NCBI GenBank assembly: GCA_022708505.1 | Contig: JAKIYP010000002.1 | Coordinates: forward strand, 5,014 to 69,013 | Length of the DNA stretch: 64,000 nucleotides | From: Bacteroidota bacterium | Lineage (GTDB): Bacteria; Bacteroidota; Bacteroidia; Bacteroidales; Paludibacteraceae | Direction of reading: 5' to 3' | In this document: piece by piece, positions 37,168 to 47,680 of the stretch | How positions within the stretch are numbered: the stretch's first letter is position 1 | How the letters are laid out: each line of letters opens with the position of its first letter | Translations under genes and position numbers: made by a program | Notes under the pieces: model-generated | Seen by the model: the letters and a program-made list of their open reading frames with translations, nothing else | What the model was told of the DNA's origin: nothing | Databases searched by the model: none

Positions 37168-39480
37168 ATGAAAATACATCTGCTTCATTTATTCATACTC
37201 ATATCTGTTTCCGTTTTTGCAGCACAAAAACATACTATCAGTGGAACAGTTTCTGATGCTTCATCGGGTGAAAGTCTGATCGGGGCAACAATCCTTATTG
37301 ATGAAATACCAGGGACCGGCGCTTCCACCAACGCCTATGGATATTTTTCCCTGACACTCAACGACAGCCAATATACATTGATTGTTTCATACCTGGGTTA
37401 CAAATCTATCGTACAGGCAATAAACATCAAAGAAAACCGGATGATTAACTTCAAACTGGAGCCCGACACCCGACAGTTAGACGAAGTAGAAGTGACTGCA
37501 CGTCGTACCAACGACAACATCCTTTCAACTGAAATCGGGGTTGAAAGGGTGCAGGTGAAAGAAATTGCCAAAGTTCCGGTGATTTTTGGAGAAGCCGACA
37601 TCCTGAAGACCCTGAAACTGACTCCGGGCATCAAATCGGTTGGTGAAGCCAGTGGCGGATTTTATGTGCGTGGTGGCAACAGCTCACAAAACCTGATTCT
37701 GTTGGATGAAGCGACAGTATACAATGCCGATCACCTGTTGGGATTCTTCTCTACTTTCAACAGTGATGCCATCAAAGATATCCAGATGTTCAAAGGTACC
37801 GCACCAGCCGAGTATGGGGGTAGGATTTCTTCGGTACTGGATGTAAAAATGAACGATGGAAATAACCAAACACATCACATCGGAGGTGGTATCGGCTTGA
37901 TTTCCTCGCGCTTGAACCTGGAAGGTCCGATTGTAAAAGAAAAAGGCTCCTATCTTGTAACTGCACGCAGAACCTATGCGGATTTGTTTCTGAAACTTTC
38001 TCCCGATGAATTAATCAATAATAACCAGCTGTATTTCTACGATCTCAACCTGAAAGCAAACTACCGGATAGATGAAAGAAACCGCATTTTCTTATCGGGT
38101 TATTTTGGTCGCGATGTATTTGAATTTCAGGAAAGATTCGGTTTAGACTGGGGTAACATCACCGGCACACTCCGGTGGAATCATTTATGGAATGCCAAAT
38201 TGTTCAGTAACACTTCCATCATATATTCGAATTACGACTATAAGGTAAATATCCTGCAGGACGAAGGGTTTAGTCTGACATCCATCATCAAAAACTGGAA
38301 CTTCAAACATGAATTTCAGTATTATCCTGACAGTAAAAACACCCTGACTTTCGGTGTAAACTCCTTTTACCACACCATCATTCCCGGACAACTTGACACC
38401 ACGGAAGATTCAGATTTTACACCAACCCGCCTGCAGGAAAAATTCGCCGTCGATAATGGCGTTTACATCAGCAACACCTGGAAACCGACTTATAACCTCA
38501 ATATCAATTATGGATTAAGATTTTCTGCTTATCATTTATTTGGTCCCGGTGATTTTTACACCTACCGTGACGGAGCCATAACGGACACTACAACTTATGC
38601 TAAAAATCAGATTGTTAAATCCTATTATCAAATTGAGCCCCGACTTAATATCGCCTATATTTTTGATGAAAGAAATTCGGTTAAAGCAAGTTTTACCAGG
38701 AATACGCAAAACCTGCATTTGATTTCGAATGCCACTTCTACCCTGCCGACAGACATCTGGTTATCATCGAGTAACAACGTGAAACCGGAAATCGGCAACC
38801 AGTTTTCGTTGGGTTATTTCACCAATTTCAAAGAGGATATGTATCAGCTAAGCACGGAAATATATTACCGTTGGATGCAAAATCAAATCGATTTGAAGAA
38901 TGGCGCCGACATCAACGCGAACGAACACATTGAAGGTGAACTGCTTTTCGGTGTGGGAAGGGCTTATGGAGCAGAGGTTTTACTCCGAAAAAAAAGAGGA
39001 AAACTAACTGGTTGGATTGGCTATACCTGGTCAAAGACAGAAAGGCTGATTGATGGCATCAACAATGGCAACTGGTACCCGGCCAGACAGGATATAACCC
39101 ATGATGTATCAGTTGTCGGCATTTACGACATCAACAAAAAATGGTCGGTTTCAGCTACCTGGGTGTACAATACCGGAAATGCTGTCACCTTTCCGAGTGG
39201 CAAGTACCTCGTCAACGGCAACGTGCGATATTATTACACCGAACGCAACGGCTACAGAATGCCTGATTATCACCGGCTTGATTTGGGAGCAACACGCATA
39301 CTCAAAAAAACCAGTAAATATGAAAGCAGCCTGAACTTCTCAGTTTACAATGCATACGGTCATAAAAATCCATTTACCATTGATTTTGAACCTGATGAAA
39401 ACAATCCGGAAGTCATCAACGCGGTAAAAACCTATTTATTTACTTATGTTCCATCGATAACCTATAATTTTAAATTTTAA
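37168..39480 (+). CDS. TonB-dependent receptor
   Basis: Signal peptide, carboxypeptidase-like N domain, plug (YVRGG..QN), C-terminal YNFKF. Confidence 0.9.
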   Translation: MKIHLLHLFILISVSVFAAQKHTISGTVSDASSGESLIGATILIDEIPGTGASTNAYGYFSLTLNDSQYTLIVSYLGYKSIVQAINIKENRMINFKLEPDTRQLDEVEVTARRTNDNILSTEIGVERVQVKEIAKVPVIFGEADILKTLKLTPGIKSVGEASGGFYVRGGNSSQNLILLDEATVYNADHLLGFFSTFNSDAIKDIQMFKGTAPAEYGGRISSVLDVKMNDGNNQTHHIGGGIGLISSRLNLEGPIVKEKGSYLVTARRTYADLFLKLSPDELINNNQLYFYDLNLKANYRIDERNRIFLSGYFGRDVFEFQERFGLDWGNITGTLRWNHLWNAKLFSNTSIIYSNYDYKVNILQDEGFSLTSIIKNWNFKHEFQYYPDSKNTLTFGVNSFYHTIIPGQLDTTEDSDFTPTRLQEKFAVDNGVYISNTWKPTYNLNINYGLRFSAYHLFGPGDFYTYRDGAITDTTTYAKNQIVKSYYQIEPRLNIAYIFDERNSVKASFTRNTQNLHLISNATSTLPTDIWLSSSNNVKPEIGNQFSLGYFTNFKEDMYQLSTEIYYRWMQNQIDLKNGADINANEHIEGELLFGVGRAYGAEVLLRKKRGKLTGWIGYTWSKTERLIDGINNGNWYPARQDITHDVSVVGIYDINKKWSVSATWVYNTGNAVTFPSGKYLVNGNVRYYYTERNGYRMPDYHRLDLGATRILKKTSKYESSLNFSVYNAYGHKNPFTIDFEPDENNPEVINAVKTYLFTYVPSITYNFKF

Positions 39481-39481
39481 G

Positions 39482-40309
39482 ATGTTGTTAAAAATTAAAA
39501 CATATAGCAAACTGATTATTCTCATAGCAGCTATGATATCAGCATCCTGTTCTGAAATCATCGAGATCAACATCAACGATTCTCATCCTCAACTGGTTGT
39601 AGAAGCAAGTATCGGGAGAGGTGAGCCTGCCATAGTCATATTGACACGTTCGGTAAATCTGTTTCATACCGGATCATTTCCTCCGGTAAGCGGTGCTGTC
39701 ATTACCATTTCAGATATAGAAGGCAACAGCGAGATTTTAAGTGAAATAAATCCAGGCATTTATACTTCGGTTAATTTGAAGGGAGAATCGGGACAAACCT
39801 ATTTTCTAAACGTTGAAAATGAAGCAGAAACAATTTCATCGTCCGGCAGGATTCCGGAACATGTTCCCGTTGATAGTTTTCGTGTTGTAAACTCCATCTA
39901 TCCGGGAGGTGGACCAGCGGTTTTGCCCAATCAAACGGCCGACTTCTATGAAGTTTATGTCACCTACACCGATCCGGTAGACAAACAAAACTACTACCGG
40001 ATAGTTTTAACAGTAAACGGCACAATATCAGGAAACAATTACGTATACGACGACCGGCTGACAAACGGCAATCAGGTAGAAAATCTGTTGGTGGTCTATA
40101 ATCCGGAACTGAAAACCGGAGACAGCATTACAGTTGAGGTACAGTGCATTAGCAAACCTGCGTATGAATATTTCAAAAGCATGGGTGGTTCTTCCGGGGG
40201 ACCGGGCAGCTCATCAAGTCCGGCCAATCCCTACACCAATTTACAGGGCGCGATACTCGGTTTCTTCAATCCTCATACTGTTGAACGACTTCAATATATC
40301 ATTCCATAA
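39482..40309 (+). CDS. DUF4249-like lipoprotein partner of the TBDR
   Basis: Lipobox SASC, LVVEA, ANPYTNL..LGFF. Confidence 0.8.
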   Translation: MLLKIKTYSKLIILIAAMISASCSEIIEININDSHPQLVVEASIGRGEPAIVILTRSVNLFHTGSFPPVSGAVITISDIEGNSEILSEINPGIYTSVNLKGESGQTYFLNVENEAETISSSGRIPEHVPVDSFRVVNSIYPGGGPAVLPNQTADFYEVYVTYTDPVDKQNYYRIVLTVNGTISGNNYVYDDRLTNGNQVENLLVVYNPELKTGDSITVEVQCISKPAYEYFKSMGGSSGGPGSSSSPANPYTNLQGAILGFFNPHTVERLQYIIP

Positions 40310-40385
40310 TCCACAGGACGTTTAGTCACTGTTTTTATCTCAAAAAAATATTGTAGCTTTGCATTCTCAAAAAAACAAAATTAAT

Positions 40386-40931
40386 ATGCAGAAATTAAGT
40401 CGCTGGATACTGTGCATTGCCGGTTGGAAAATGATACTGACCACCGAAGAACCACCAAAAAGTATCGTTTGTGTTGCACCTCATACAAGCAATTGGGATT
40501 TTATCATCGGAAAATTATCCTATTGGGCTGCGAACCGCAAATCATCATTTTTAATTAAAAAATCCTGGTTTATTTTTCCTTTCAATTACATGTTTCATTC
40601 GATGGGAGGAGTTCCGGTCGATCGCAGCAAAGCAAGTTCTGTAACCGAACAAATGGCAAAAGAATTTGATAAAAGGACACATTTTCACCTGGCCATTACG
40701 CCGGAAGGAACCAGAAGTCTACGTAAAAAATGGAAAATGGGGTTTTATCACATTGCCATGAAAGCCGGGGTACCCATTGAACTTGCCTATATTGATTACA
40801 AGAAAAAAGAGATGGGTGTAAAAGAAGTTTTCATGCCTACGGGTGATGAGACTGCTGATATGTTGCACATCAGAGAGTATTATAAGAATGTAACCCCCCG
40901 GTTTCCGGAGAAATTTCATAAAAATTTCTAA
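40386..40931 (+). CDS. 1-acyl-sn-glycerol-3-phosphate acyltransferase family
   Basis: APHTSNWD, TPEGTR. Confidence 0.88.
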   Translation: MQKLSRWILCIAGWKMILTTEEPPKSIVCVAPHTSNWDFIIGKLSYWAANRKSSFLIKKSWFIFPFNYMFHSMGGVPVDRSKASSVTEQMAKEFDKRTHFHLAITPEGTRSLRKKWKMGFYHIAMKAGVPIELAYIDYKKKEMGVKEVFMPTGDETADMLHIREYYKNVTPRFPEKFHKNF

Positions 40932-40942
40932 CTTTACTTTGA

Positions 40943-40977
40943 TAGCGAATAGTGGTTAGTGGATAGTGGTTAGTGGT
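40943..40977. repeat. heptamer array TAGCGAA TAGTGGT TAGTGGA TAGTGGT TAGTGGT
   Basis: Read directly; mixes the two unit types seen separately elsewhere. Confidence 0.85.
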
Positions 40978-41097
40978 TAATTTAAAGACTAATGTGGTTT
41001 AAGAGTTTAAAAATTTAAGAGAGTGGAAAGACATTAGACCTGATTTTTTAACTTCTAAATAAACATATAACAATAAAAATAAGCTTTCATTTTATTT

Positions 41098-42198
41098 ATG
41101 AAGATTGATTACCGGAAAATAGGTCTCAGCAAGCTGGATATTTACATCATCAGGAAATTTCTTGGTACGTTTTTCTTTTCTATCATTCTGATTTTAAGCA
41201 TCGCGGTCATTTTCGACCTGACTGAGAAATTAGACAATTTCTTCGATAACAATGCACCATTAGAAGCCATCATATTTGACTATTACCTGAACTTTATCCC
41301 GTTCTACATGAACATGTTTACCCCCTTGTTCACTTTTATCTCGGTAATATTCTTCACCTCGAAACTTGCTTCCAACACGGAAATTATTGCCATGCTCGCC
41401 AGCGGTATCAGTTTCAGGCGCATCATGAAACCCTATTTCATTTCAGCTACCATCATCAGCATTATGTCGTTTATACTGGGAGGTTATATCATTCCGCCTT
41501 CCAATGAAAAAATGCTTGAGTTTGAAGATGCTTACATCAAGAAATTCAAAACCAATTATGCCCGTAATATCCAGATGGAAGTTGAACCCGGTGTGATTCT
41601 TTACATCGAAAGATTTGAAATAGCACAAAATAAGGGTTATCGTTTTTCTCTGGAGAAATTCGATGATAAGATCCTTACTTCCCGCTTAACAGCCGAATCA
41701 ATTACCTGGGACTCATTATACCAATGGAAAATTACCGATTATCTGTTGCGGAATTTTGACGGCATGCGCGAAAGCATTGTCAAAGGCACTACATTAGATA
41801 CAACGATTATGGTTCAGCCCCGGGAATTCTTCATAACAGCCAAGGAAAGTGCTCAACTGAACAACACCAAACTGAAGGAACACCTTGACCGGCTTAAGAA
41901 CAGAGGAATAGGAAGCACTCAGGCGTTTGAAGATGAATATTACAAACGATTCTCCATGCCGTTGGCAGCTTTCATCATGACATTGATGGGCGTTTCATTG
42001 GCGTCCAGAAAAGTAAGAGGAGGTATCGGACTTCATTTGGGCATCGGACTGGCATTGAGTTCAATATACATTTTGTTTTCTACTTTATCAACCTCATTTT
42101 CAGTAAGTGGCGCCATGTCGCCATTTCTGGCTGTGTGGTTGCCTAATTTTCTTTTTCTGGGAATAGGGGCCTATCTTTATCATACGGCTCCTAAATAG
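41098..42198 (+). CDS. LptF/LptG family LPS export permease
   Basis: LDIYIIRKF, NTEIIAMLASGIS, AVWLPN. Confidence 0.9.
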   Translation: MKIDYRKIGLSKLDIYIIRKFLGTFFFSIILILSIAVIFDLTEKLDNFFDNNAPLEAIIFDYYLNFIPFYMNMFTPLFTFISVIFFTSKLASNTEIIAMLASGISFRRIMKPYFISATIISIMSFILGGYIIPPSNEKMLEFEDAYIKKFKTNYARNIQMEVEPGVILYIERFEIAQNKGYRFSLEKFDDKILTSRLTAESITWDSLYQWKITDYLLRNFDGMRESIVKGTTLDTTIMVQPREFFITAKESAQLNNTKLKEHLDRLKNRGIGSTQAFEDEYYKRFSMPLAAFIMTLMGVSLASRKVRGGIGLHLGIGLALSSIYILFSTLSTSFSVSGAMSPFLAVWLPNFLFLGIGAYLYHTAPK

Positions 42199-42224
42199 TT
42201 GATTTACCTTAAATTGACACAACT

Positions 42225-43292
42225 ATGCACAAAATTCTGGTTATAAACCCGGGCTCGACTTCAACCAAAGTTGCGGTTTACGAAGACGATAAGCCTTTGA
42301 TTTCCTGTGCAATTAAACATCCGGCCAAATTATTGCATGCTTATAAACATGTGATTGAGCAGTATGAGTTCCGGTTAGAGCACATCCTCAACTATCTCGC
42401 GGAAGAAAAAGTTGACCTGAATAGTATTCACGCAGTTGTCGGACGGGGTGGCTTCCTTCGCCCGTTGCCTTCCGGTATTTACGCAGTTAATGAAACCATG
42501 TTAAACGACCTGCGACAGTGTCTGAACGGAGAACATGCCAGCAACCTGGGTGCGGTGTTGGCAAATGAGTTTGCATCCCGGATTTGTGATTGCCGGGCAT
42601 ATATCGCCGATCCGGTTGTCGTGGATGAATTGCAGGAAGTGGCCCGTATTAGTGGACTGCCACAATTTCCCAGAAGATCCGCTTTCCATGCATTGAACCA
42701 TAAAGCTATTGGCAGAAAATACGCTGCAGATTGTGGTACCAAATACGACAAACTCAACCTCGTAATTGCCCATTTAGGAGGTGGCATCTCAGTAGCGGCA
42801 CATAAACAGGGTCGGGTCATCGACACCAACCAGGCGCTTGATGGTTTTGGGCCTTTTTCGGCTGAACGTGCAGGCACCATGGATGCCGGGGCTTTAATCC
42901 GGGTTATCTTTGCCGGCATATACGAACAGGAAGAAATTCAGCATTTGCTTGTGGGCAAAGGAGGATTAGTCGCTCACCTTGGCACAAACGATGTCAATGC
43001 CGCCTACAAACTGGCACAAAACGGAGACTTACATGCCCGGCTGATTTTGGAAGCCATGTCCTATGGCGTAGCCAAAGAAATAGGTTCCATGCTGGCCGTA
43101 CTCGAAGGTAAAGCGGATGCCGTTATCCTTACCGGCGGGATGGCTCACAACGAATTAATTGTGAACTACATAATCAGGATGATACAACCCATGTGTAAAG
43201 TCGTCGTGTATCCCGGAGAAGATGAAATGCAGGCACTGGCAGAAGCCGGACTTCGCGCATTAAGGGGAGAAGAATCTGTCAGACTGTATTAG
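42225..43292 (+). CDS. buk: butyrate kinase
   Basis: INPGSTSTK, GRGG, HASNLG, FHALNHK, HLGGGIS. Confidence 0.95.
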   Translation: MHKILVINPGSTSTKVAVYEDDKPLISCAIKHPAKLLHAYKHVIEQYEFRLEHILNYLAEEKVDLNSIHAVVGRGGFLRPLPSGIYAVNETMLNDLRQCLNGEHASNLGAVLANEFASRICDCRAYIADPVVVDELQEVARISGLPQFPRRSAFHALNHKAIGRKYAADCGTKYDKLNLVIAHLGGGISVAAHKQGRVIDTNQALDGFGPFSAERAGTMDAGALIRVIFAGIYEQEEIQHLLVGKGGLVAHLGTNDVNAAYKLAQNGDLHARLILEAMSYGVAKEIGSMLAVLEGKADAVILTGGMAHNELIVNYIIRMIQPMCKVVVYPGEDEMQALAEAGLRALRGEESVRLY

Positions 43293-43390
43293 GAGAAATA
43301 TAATCCTTTACTCATTTTATTTTGAAGCTAATTTACACCGAATGTGCCGTCCACCTGCCAATAAACACATAAACTTAATTTTCATTCATC

Positions 43391-43870
43391 ATGGATCTAT
43401 TTCTCATCATCATTGCCGGATTACTGCTGCTGACCGGATTTATCGGGGCTATCGTACCCATACTACCCGGTATCCCTTTATCCTATCTGGGTATCATACT
43501 ATTACATCTGTCTTCTATTGTACAATTCTCCTCCGGTTTTTTGATAATTCTTGGAGTTGCTGTTGTTGTCGTTCAACTACTTGACTTCATCATTCCTGTA
43601 TGGGGCACAAAAAAGACAGGCGGAAGTAAAGCCGGTGTCAGGGGAAGCGTTATCGGACTTATGGTAGGTTTCTTCATGGGCCCCTGGGGAATTATAACCG
43701 GACCTTTCATTGGTGCACTCATCGGTGAATTACTTGTGGGTAAAACATCGCAGAAAGCAATTAAGGCAGCCTTTGGAACCTTTCTGGGTTTGCTAACCGG
43801 TACCATTCTCAAATTGGCACTTGCAGGCATAATGATATACTATTACATCGAAGCCCTGATAAAAATATAA
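43391..43870 (+). CDS. DUF456 membrane protein
   Basis: VPILPG, TKKTGGSKAG, GPFIGALIGE. Confidence 0.85.
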   Translation: MDLFLIIIAGLLLLTGFIGAIVPILPGIPLSYLGIILLHLSSIVQFSSGFLIILGVAVVVVQLLDFIIPVWGTKKTGGSKAGVRGSVIGLMVGFFMGPWGIITGPFIGALIGELLVGKTSQKAIKAAFGTFLGLLTGTILKLALAGIMIYYYIEALIKI

Positions 43871-44056
43871 GGATTACTACCTGGAAGATAAACATTTGTA
43901 ATCTAAATTATGTTGATATCAACCCGAAGACATTAAATTTTAAATTCGTTGTTCTTCAGGTTGATAATAAACAAACAGAAAATTATCACAAAACTTAAAA
44001 AATGATTGATTTAATCCACTAAATCAAGATTAACAAAAACCCCTTACGATACTTAA

Positions 44057-44632
44057 TTATTTTCTCCCAAATTTGAAACCTATCCCGCGAATACCAATTT
44101 GAAGCATAAGATTCAAATTATCAAGTGGAATCGTAGAAAATTCCGGAATATTATTGTGCGTATAATTTGCACCTAACCCTAAATAAAATGTTTTGTAGAA
44201 ATTCAACCGATACGACAGATCGACATGTGAATTCTTAAAATCCTCAAACGAAGTAAATGAGTTTACCAAAGACAAATTAAGGGATGAAGACAAAAACTCA
44301 TGTCTTGGTTTCAGAAAGTAATCCACACCTATCAGCAAACCTGAACGTAAAACTGATTGATTCACATTTAATGTCTTCTTTGTATATGCACTTGTATTAT
44401 AACCCAAATTTAATGCTAAAGCAGAATTAAAAGCATAGGAAACATACAGGTCATTTGAATTTCCTGAATTTAAATTATTATTGGTAAAACTATTCATCGA
44501 AGCTACATTAAACCCAAGACTAATACGGGACATTTGGTTAGTGTCCTGCGAATAAAGGCTCATTGACATAGTCACAATTAATGTCATTACAACATTTACA
44601 ATCATTTTTGTGTTAAACTTATGATTCTTCAT
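44057..44632 (-). CDS. hypothetical exported protein, beta-barrel-like
   Basis: Signal peptide and alternating hydrophobic strands. Confidence 0.55.
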   Translation of the reverse strand: MKNHKFNTKMIVNVVMTLIVTMSMSLYSQDTNQMSRISLGFNVASMNSFTNNNLNSGNSNDLYVSYAFNSALALNLGYNTSAYTKKTLNVNQSVLRSGLLIGVDYFLKPRHEFLSSSLNLSLVNSFTSFEDFKNSHVDLSYRLNFYKTFYLGLGANYTHNNIPEFSTIPLDNLNLMLQIGIRGIGFKFGRK

Positions 44633-44699
44633 TTTTGTGTTATTTATGTTGTTATTTATTTTACTCCCTGCACCTTTAGCAGATGCAGGGAAAGTTTGC

Positions 44700-45548
44700 T
44701 TATTGAAATGCTATAATTGTTGCTAAAGCAGAAACTGCTGCAGCACCACCAGCGGCTCCTACCGGGCCGGGAGGTAAATATATCGGAACATTCATAATTG
44801 TTATTGTTGCACCGGAAAACCAAGCAATGGAACCACCAACTGCATCCGCAGCTCCAATGAAAACCCATTTCAACCAGCGTGGCCAATTTAATGCGCTGCT
44901 TACTAAAGATCTGGAGTCTCCTACCTGATTATTGTCCGTTGGCAACACGTTCTCCCAAATTTTCAAAGAACCTTTTAACACTTCTGTTGCATTCATCACC
45001 AATTGAATATCCTCATTCGAGGCGTTTGCATCTGCTAAAATTTCATTCTGAACTGCTGTAATCTCCGAAACTATATGCTCGTAAGATTTGAATTCTGAAT
45101 GTTGCAACAATTGGTCAACACATTCCAGGTACTTTTTTGATAAATCGGAATTAGCGTAATCGCTCATGCTGACAAATTCACTGTCCAGATTAATAACCGG
45201 AGTACTAGCAGTAATACTACTTTTAACCTTGTACAGTTCCGTATTATCGGGATCATCTGTATTTAACATTACCGGCGTTACTCCTGTTACTTCTTCAATT
45301 ACATCAAGCATTTCGTTCAGATTCAGTTTAGCTTCCTGATTGTTTGTGCTTTTAGCTTTCTGATACCTTTTGCATTTCTCTAGCTTGAGCATCTCGATCA
45401 CCAAAGAATCATGCTTGTTTGACAATTCTTTTGCCTTTGATTTAATACTTTCAATCACAGCGTAATCCTCTGATCTGGCAACTTCATTCCGCTCACACGA
45501 AATTAGCATAATTACCGAAAGAACAAATAGATAAGATATTTTTTTCAT
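44700..45548 (-). CDS. hypothetical lipoprotein with hydrophobic Gly/Ala-rich C-terminus
   Basis: MKKISYLFVLSVIMLISC lipobox; C-terminal GAADAVGG...GPVGAAGGAAAVSA. Confidence 0.7.
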   Translation of the reverse strand: MKKISYLFVLSVIMLISCERNEVARSEDYAVIESIKSKAKELSNKHDSLVIEMLKLEKCKRYQKAKSTNNQEAKLNLNEMLDVIEEVTGVTPVMLNTDDPDNTELYKVKSSITASTPVINLDSEFVSMSDYANSDLSKKYLECVDQLLQHSEFKSYEHIVSEITAVQNEILADANASNEDIQLVMNATEVLKGSLKIWENVLPTDNNQVGDSRSLVSSALNWPRWLKWVFIGAADAVGGSIAWFSGATITIMNVPIYLPPGPVGAAGGAAAVSALATIIAFQ

Positions 45549-45861
45549 GTTGAATTTCAGTTTAAAATAAAATAAATTCAGCAACTATTTCCTTGTAATA
45601 AGGTTTTCGACAGATTATGCCTGCTCTGCCGTATTCTATTCGCTACTATATATACTTCGCAAACAAAATAAGCTCTTTCTCAAACTAACTGGTATCCATT
45701 GTTACTCCTCCTTTCTGGTTTTGGTCGATAAAATTTCCGTACAAAAATAGTCTACAAACAATTTGATGAGTAAGCAAAAAGTAAAAACATCAAAAACTTT
45801 ATACCTTTTGAGTAGTTTATCATTATTTAGCAGGCGAAATCGGATTTGAGATAATAAACAT

Positions 45862-45902
45862 AAAAAAAATGACGGAGAAAATCTGATATTTTCTCCGTCA
45901 TT
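45862..45902 (-). terminator. Rho-independent terminator of hsp20
   Basis: AATGACGGAGAAAAT...ATTTTCTCCGTCATT stem followed by a U-tract on the minus strand. Confidence 0.8.
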
Positions 45903-45924
45903 AAAACCTCAGGAATTTGACAAA

Positions 45925-46362
45925 TTACAAGATTTCAATCATTCTGCTTGGTTTAGCTTTTGCTTCTTCCTTCTTGGGAATGGTTACCGTTAAAATGCCG
46001 TTGTCATATTTAGCCACAACTTTCTCACCATCGGCGATATTGGGCAATGTAAATGAACGACTGAAAGATTGATAGCTAAATTCTCTGCATGTGTAGCACT
46101 CACCCTCTTTCACTTCATTCTCCACTTGCTTTTCTGAAGAGATTGTTAACAGATCATTGTTCAGTTCAATTTTAAAGTCTTCTTTGTTGAGACCAGGTGC
46201 AGCTACTTCTACTTCAAAATTTTCTTTTCCTTCTTTAATATTAACTGATGGTAAAGTTGTATTGGTAGTAGAAAAATTTCGGTTCGACCAGTCAAATAAA
46301 TCATTTTCCATAAAACGGTCGAACAAAGATGGATAATTCCTTCTGAATCTTACGAGTGACAT
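45925..46362 (-). CDS. Hsp20/alpha-crystallin small heat shock protein
   Basis: PSVNI.E, AAPG, FSRSFTLP, AKYDNGIL. Confidence 0.93.
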   Translation of the reverse strand: MSLVRFRRNYPSLFDRFMENDLFDWSNRNFSTTNTTLPSVNIKEGKENFEVEVAAPGLNKEDFKIELNNDLLTISSEKQVENEVKEGECYTCREFSYQSFSRSFTLPNIADGEKVVAKYDNGILTVTIPKKEEAKAKPSRMIEIL

Positions 46363-46572
46363 AATTAATTCCTCCATTTATTAATTAAACATGTTTGTTG
46401 ACAACCGGTAAATTACAAATAAAATGCCGTTGCAAAAACAACGGCATTTTACATTATTAATCTCTGATAATCTGACATTTAGACACATAAAACCAAGACG
46501 TATGGAGTCAATTTGTCAAAACACTGTAACAATGTCAGAAACAGATAGCAGTTTATAATTTTTCAACTCCTG

Positions 46573-47505
46573 TTAGAATTTATACATAAACCCAACACCC
46601 AAAATTTCTTTGAACTGTACCAAAGATTTATCTGATCCATCACTGAGGACTTGTCCATCATTATTGGTATCAAACAAAATATCGGCATCATAGATTAAAT
46701 GTGTATTCAGGTTGACTGAAATGTATTTATTAACTTTAAAAACAAACAAAGTTTCCCAGCTTACGTCAATATTTTGTGGATCTTTCAGATAATTGGAAAA
46801 TAAATCGACTTTGGTCGTCAATGAAAGATTCTTAAGCGCTTCACTCTTAAAATCATTTTTTGAGAAAGCCGCCCGCAGGTATCCACCGAACTCACCCTTG
46901 AACTTCTCGCCCGGTGTAACTCCAAATGCACCTACACTATTCAAATCCGGATCATTCACAATCGTAACTTTTCCGGTTAATGGAGCAAGAAATGCTGTAA
47001 AATAACTATTTGGCTTATAATCCAACCCAATTGCTGTCAACACATAAGCGGGAGCAAACAAATTTGATATTTTGGTTGTATCCTTCTTTCCTTCTGTCAT
47101 CTGCGTTTTAAAGTTGAATAAAGCTGCATAATAAAGTGATTTACTTGCCTGTTGTCCGTATTTCGATAGAAAATCGAAACGGTCATCCGTCTTGATAAAA
47201 TCAGCATTAACACCTTGTTGTAAAACACCATAACCAATATCCAGCGAGTTATCCCATGACATCTTACCTTTTTTGTAGTTGGCAAACAAACTGGTCAAAC
47301 CATTTATACCAAATGAGTTCTGTCCCCCCGCAGCCCAGTTTGTAAGTGATGCCTGACTCATATTGACACCAACAACAGCGCCTTTTTTCCACCCACTTAA
47401 CGTATCTGCATCTTGCTTCCGCAGTTTTGCTTCACCCTCTGTAACCTGTCCAATCGTATAACAAGATATACCGATGAAAATCAATAAAATTGAAAATGTT
47501 CTCAT
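46573..47505 (-). CDS. DUF3078 outer-membrane protein
   Basis: NWAAGG, KTDDR, QFKEILGVG. Confidence 0.85.
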   Translation of the reverse strand: MRTFSILLIFIGISCYTIGQVTEGEAKLRKQDADTLSGWKKGAVVGVNMSQASLTNWAAGGQNSFGINGLTSLFANYKKGKMSWDNSLDIGYGVLQQGVNADFIKTDDRFDFLSKYGQQASKSLYYAALFNFKTQMTEGKKDTTKISNLFAPAYVLTAIGLDYKPNSYFTAFLAPLTGKVTIVNDPDLNSVGAFGVTPGEKFKGEFGGYLRAAFSKNDFKSEALKNLSLTTKVDLFSNYLKDPQNIDVSWETLFVFKVNKYISVNLNTHLIYDADILFDTNNDGQVLSDGSDKSLVQFKEILGVGFMYKF

Positions 47506-47680
47506 ACCGTTTAATTTTAAGTTAATACTCTTTTAGCTTATTGCCTATTGTACCAGTTACAATATTTGAAGAAATTGATATGTAAAAATCTGTTCAAAAA
47601 TAAAAATATATTTTAAATAAAAAAATAAGGGAGACATTATTCCCCCTTATTTCCGTATTTGCAGTAATCCCTACTAAAAA

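Noticed and set aside
43917-43965. Long imperfect inverted repeat ATCAACC.GAAGA...TCTTC.GGTTGAT
   Set aside because: Single copy between convergent genes; most simply a terminator-like hairpin.
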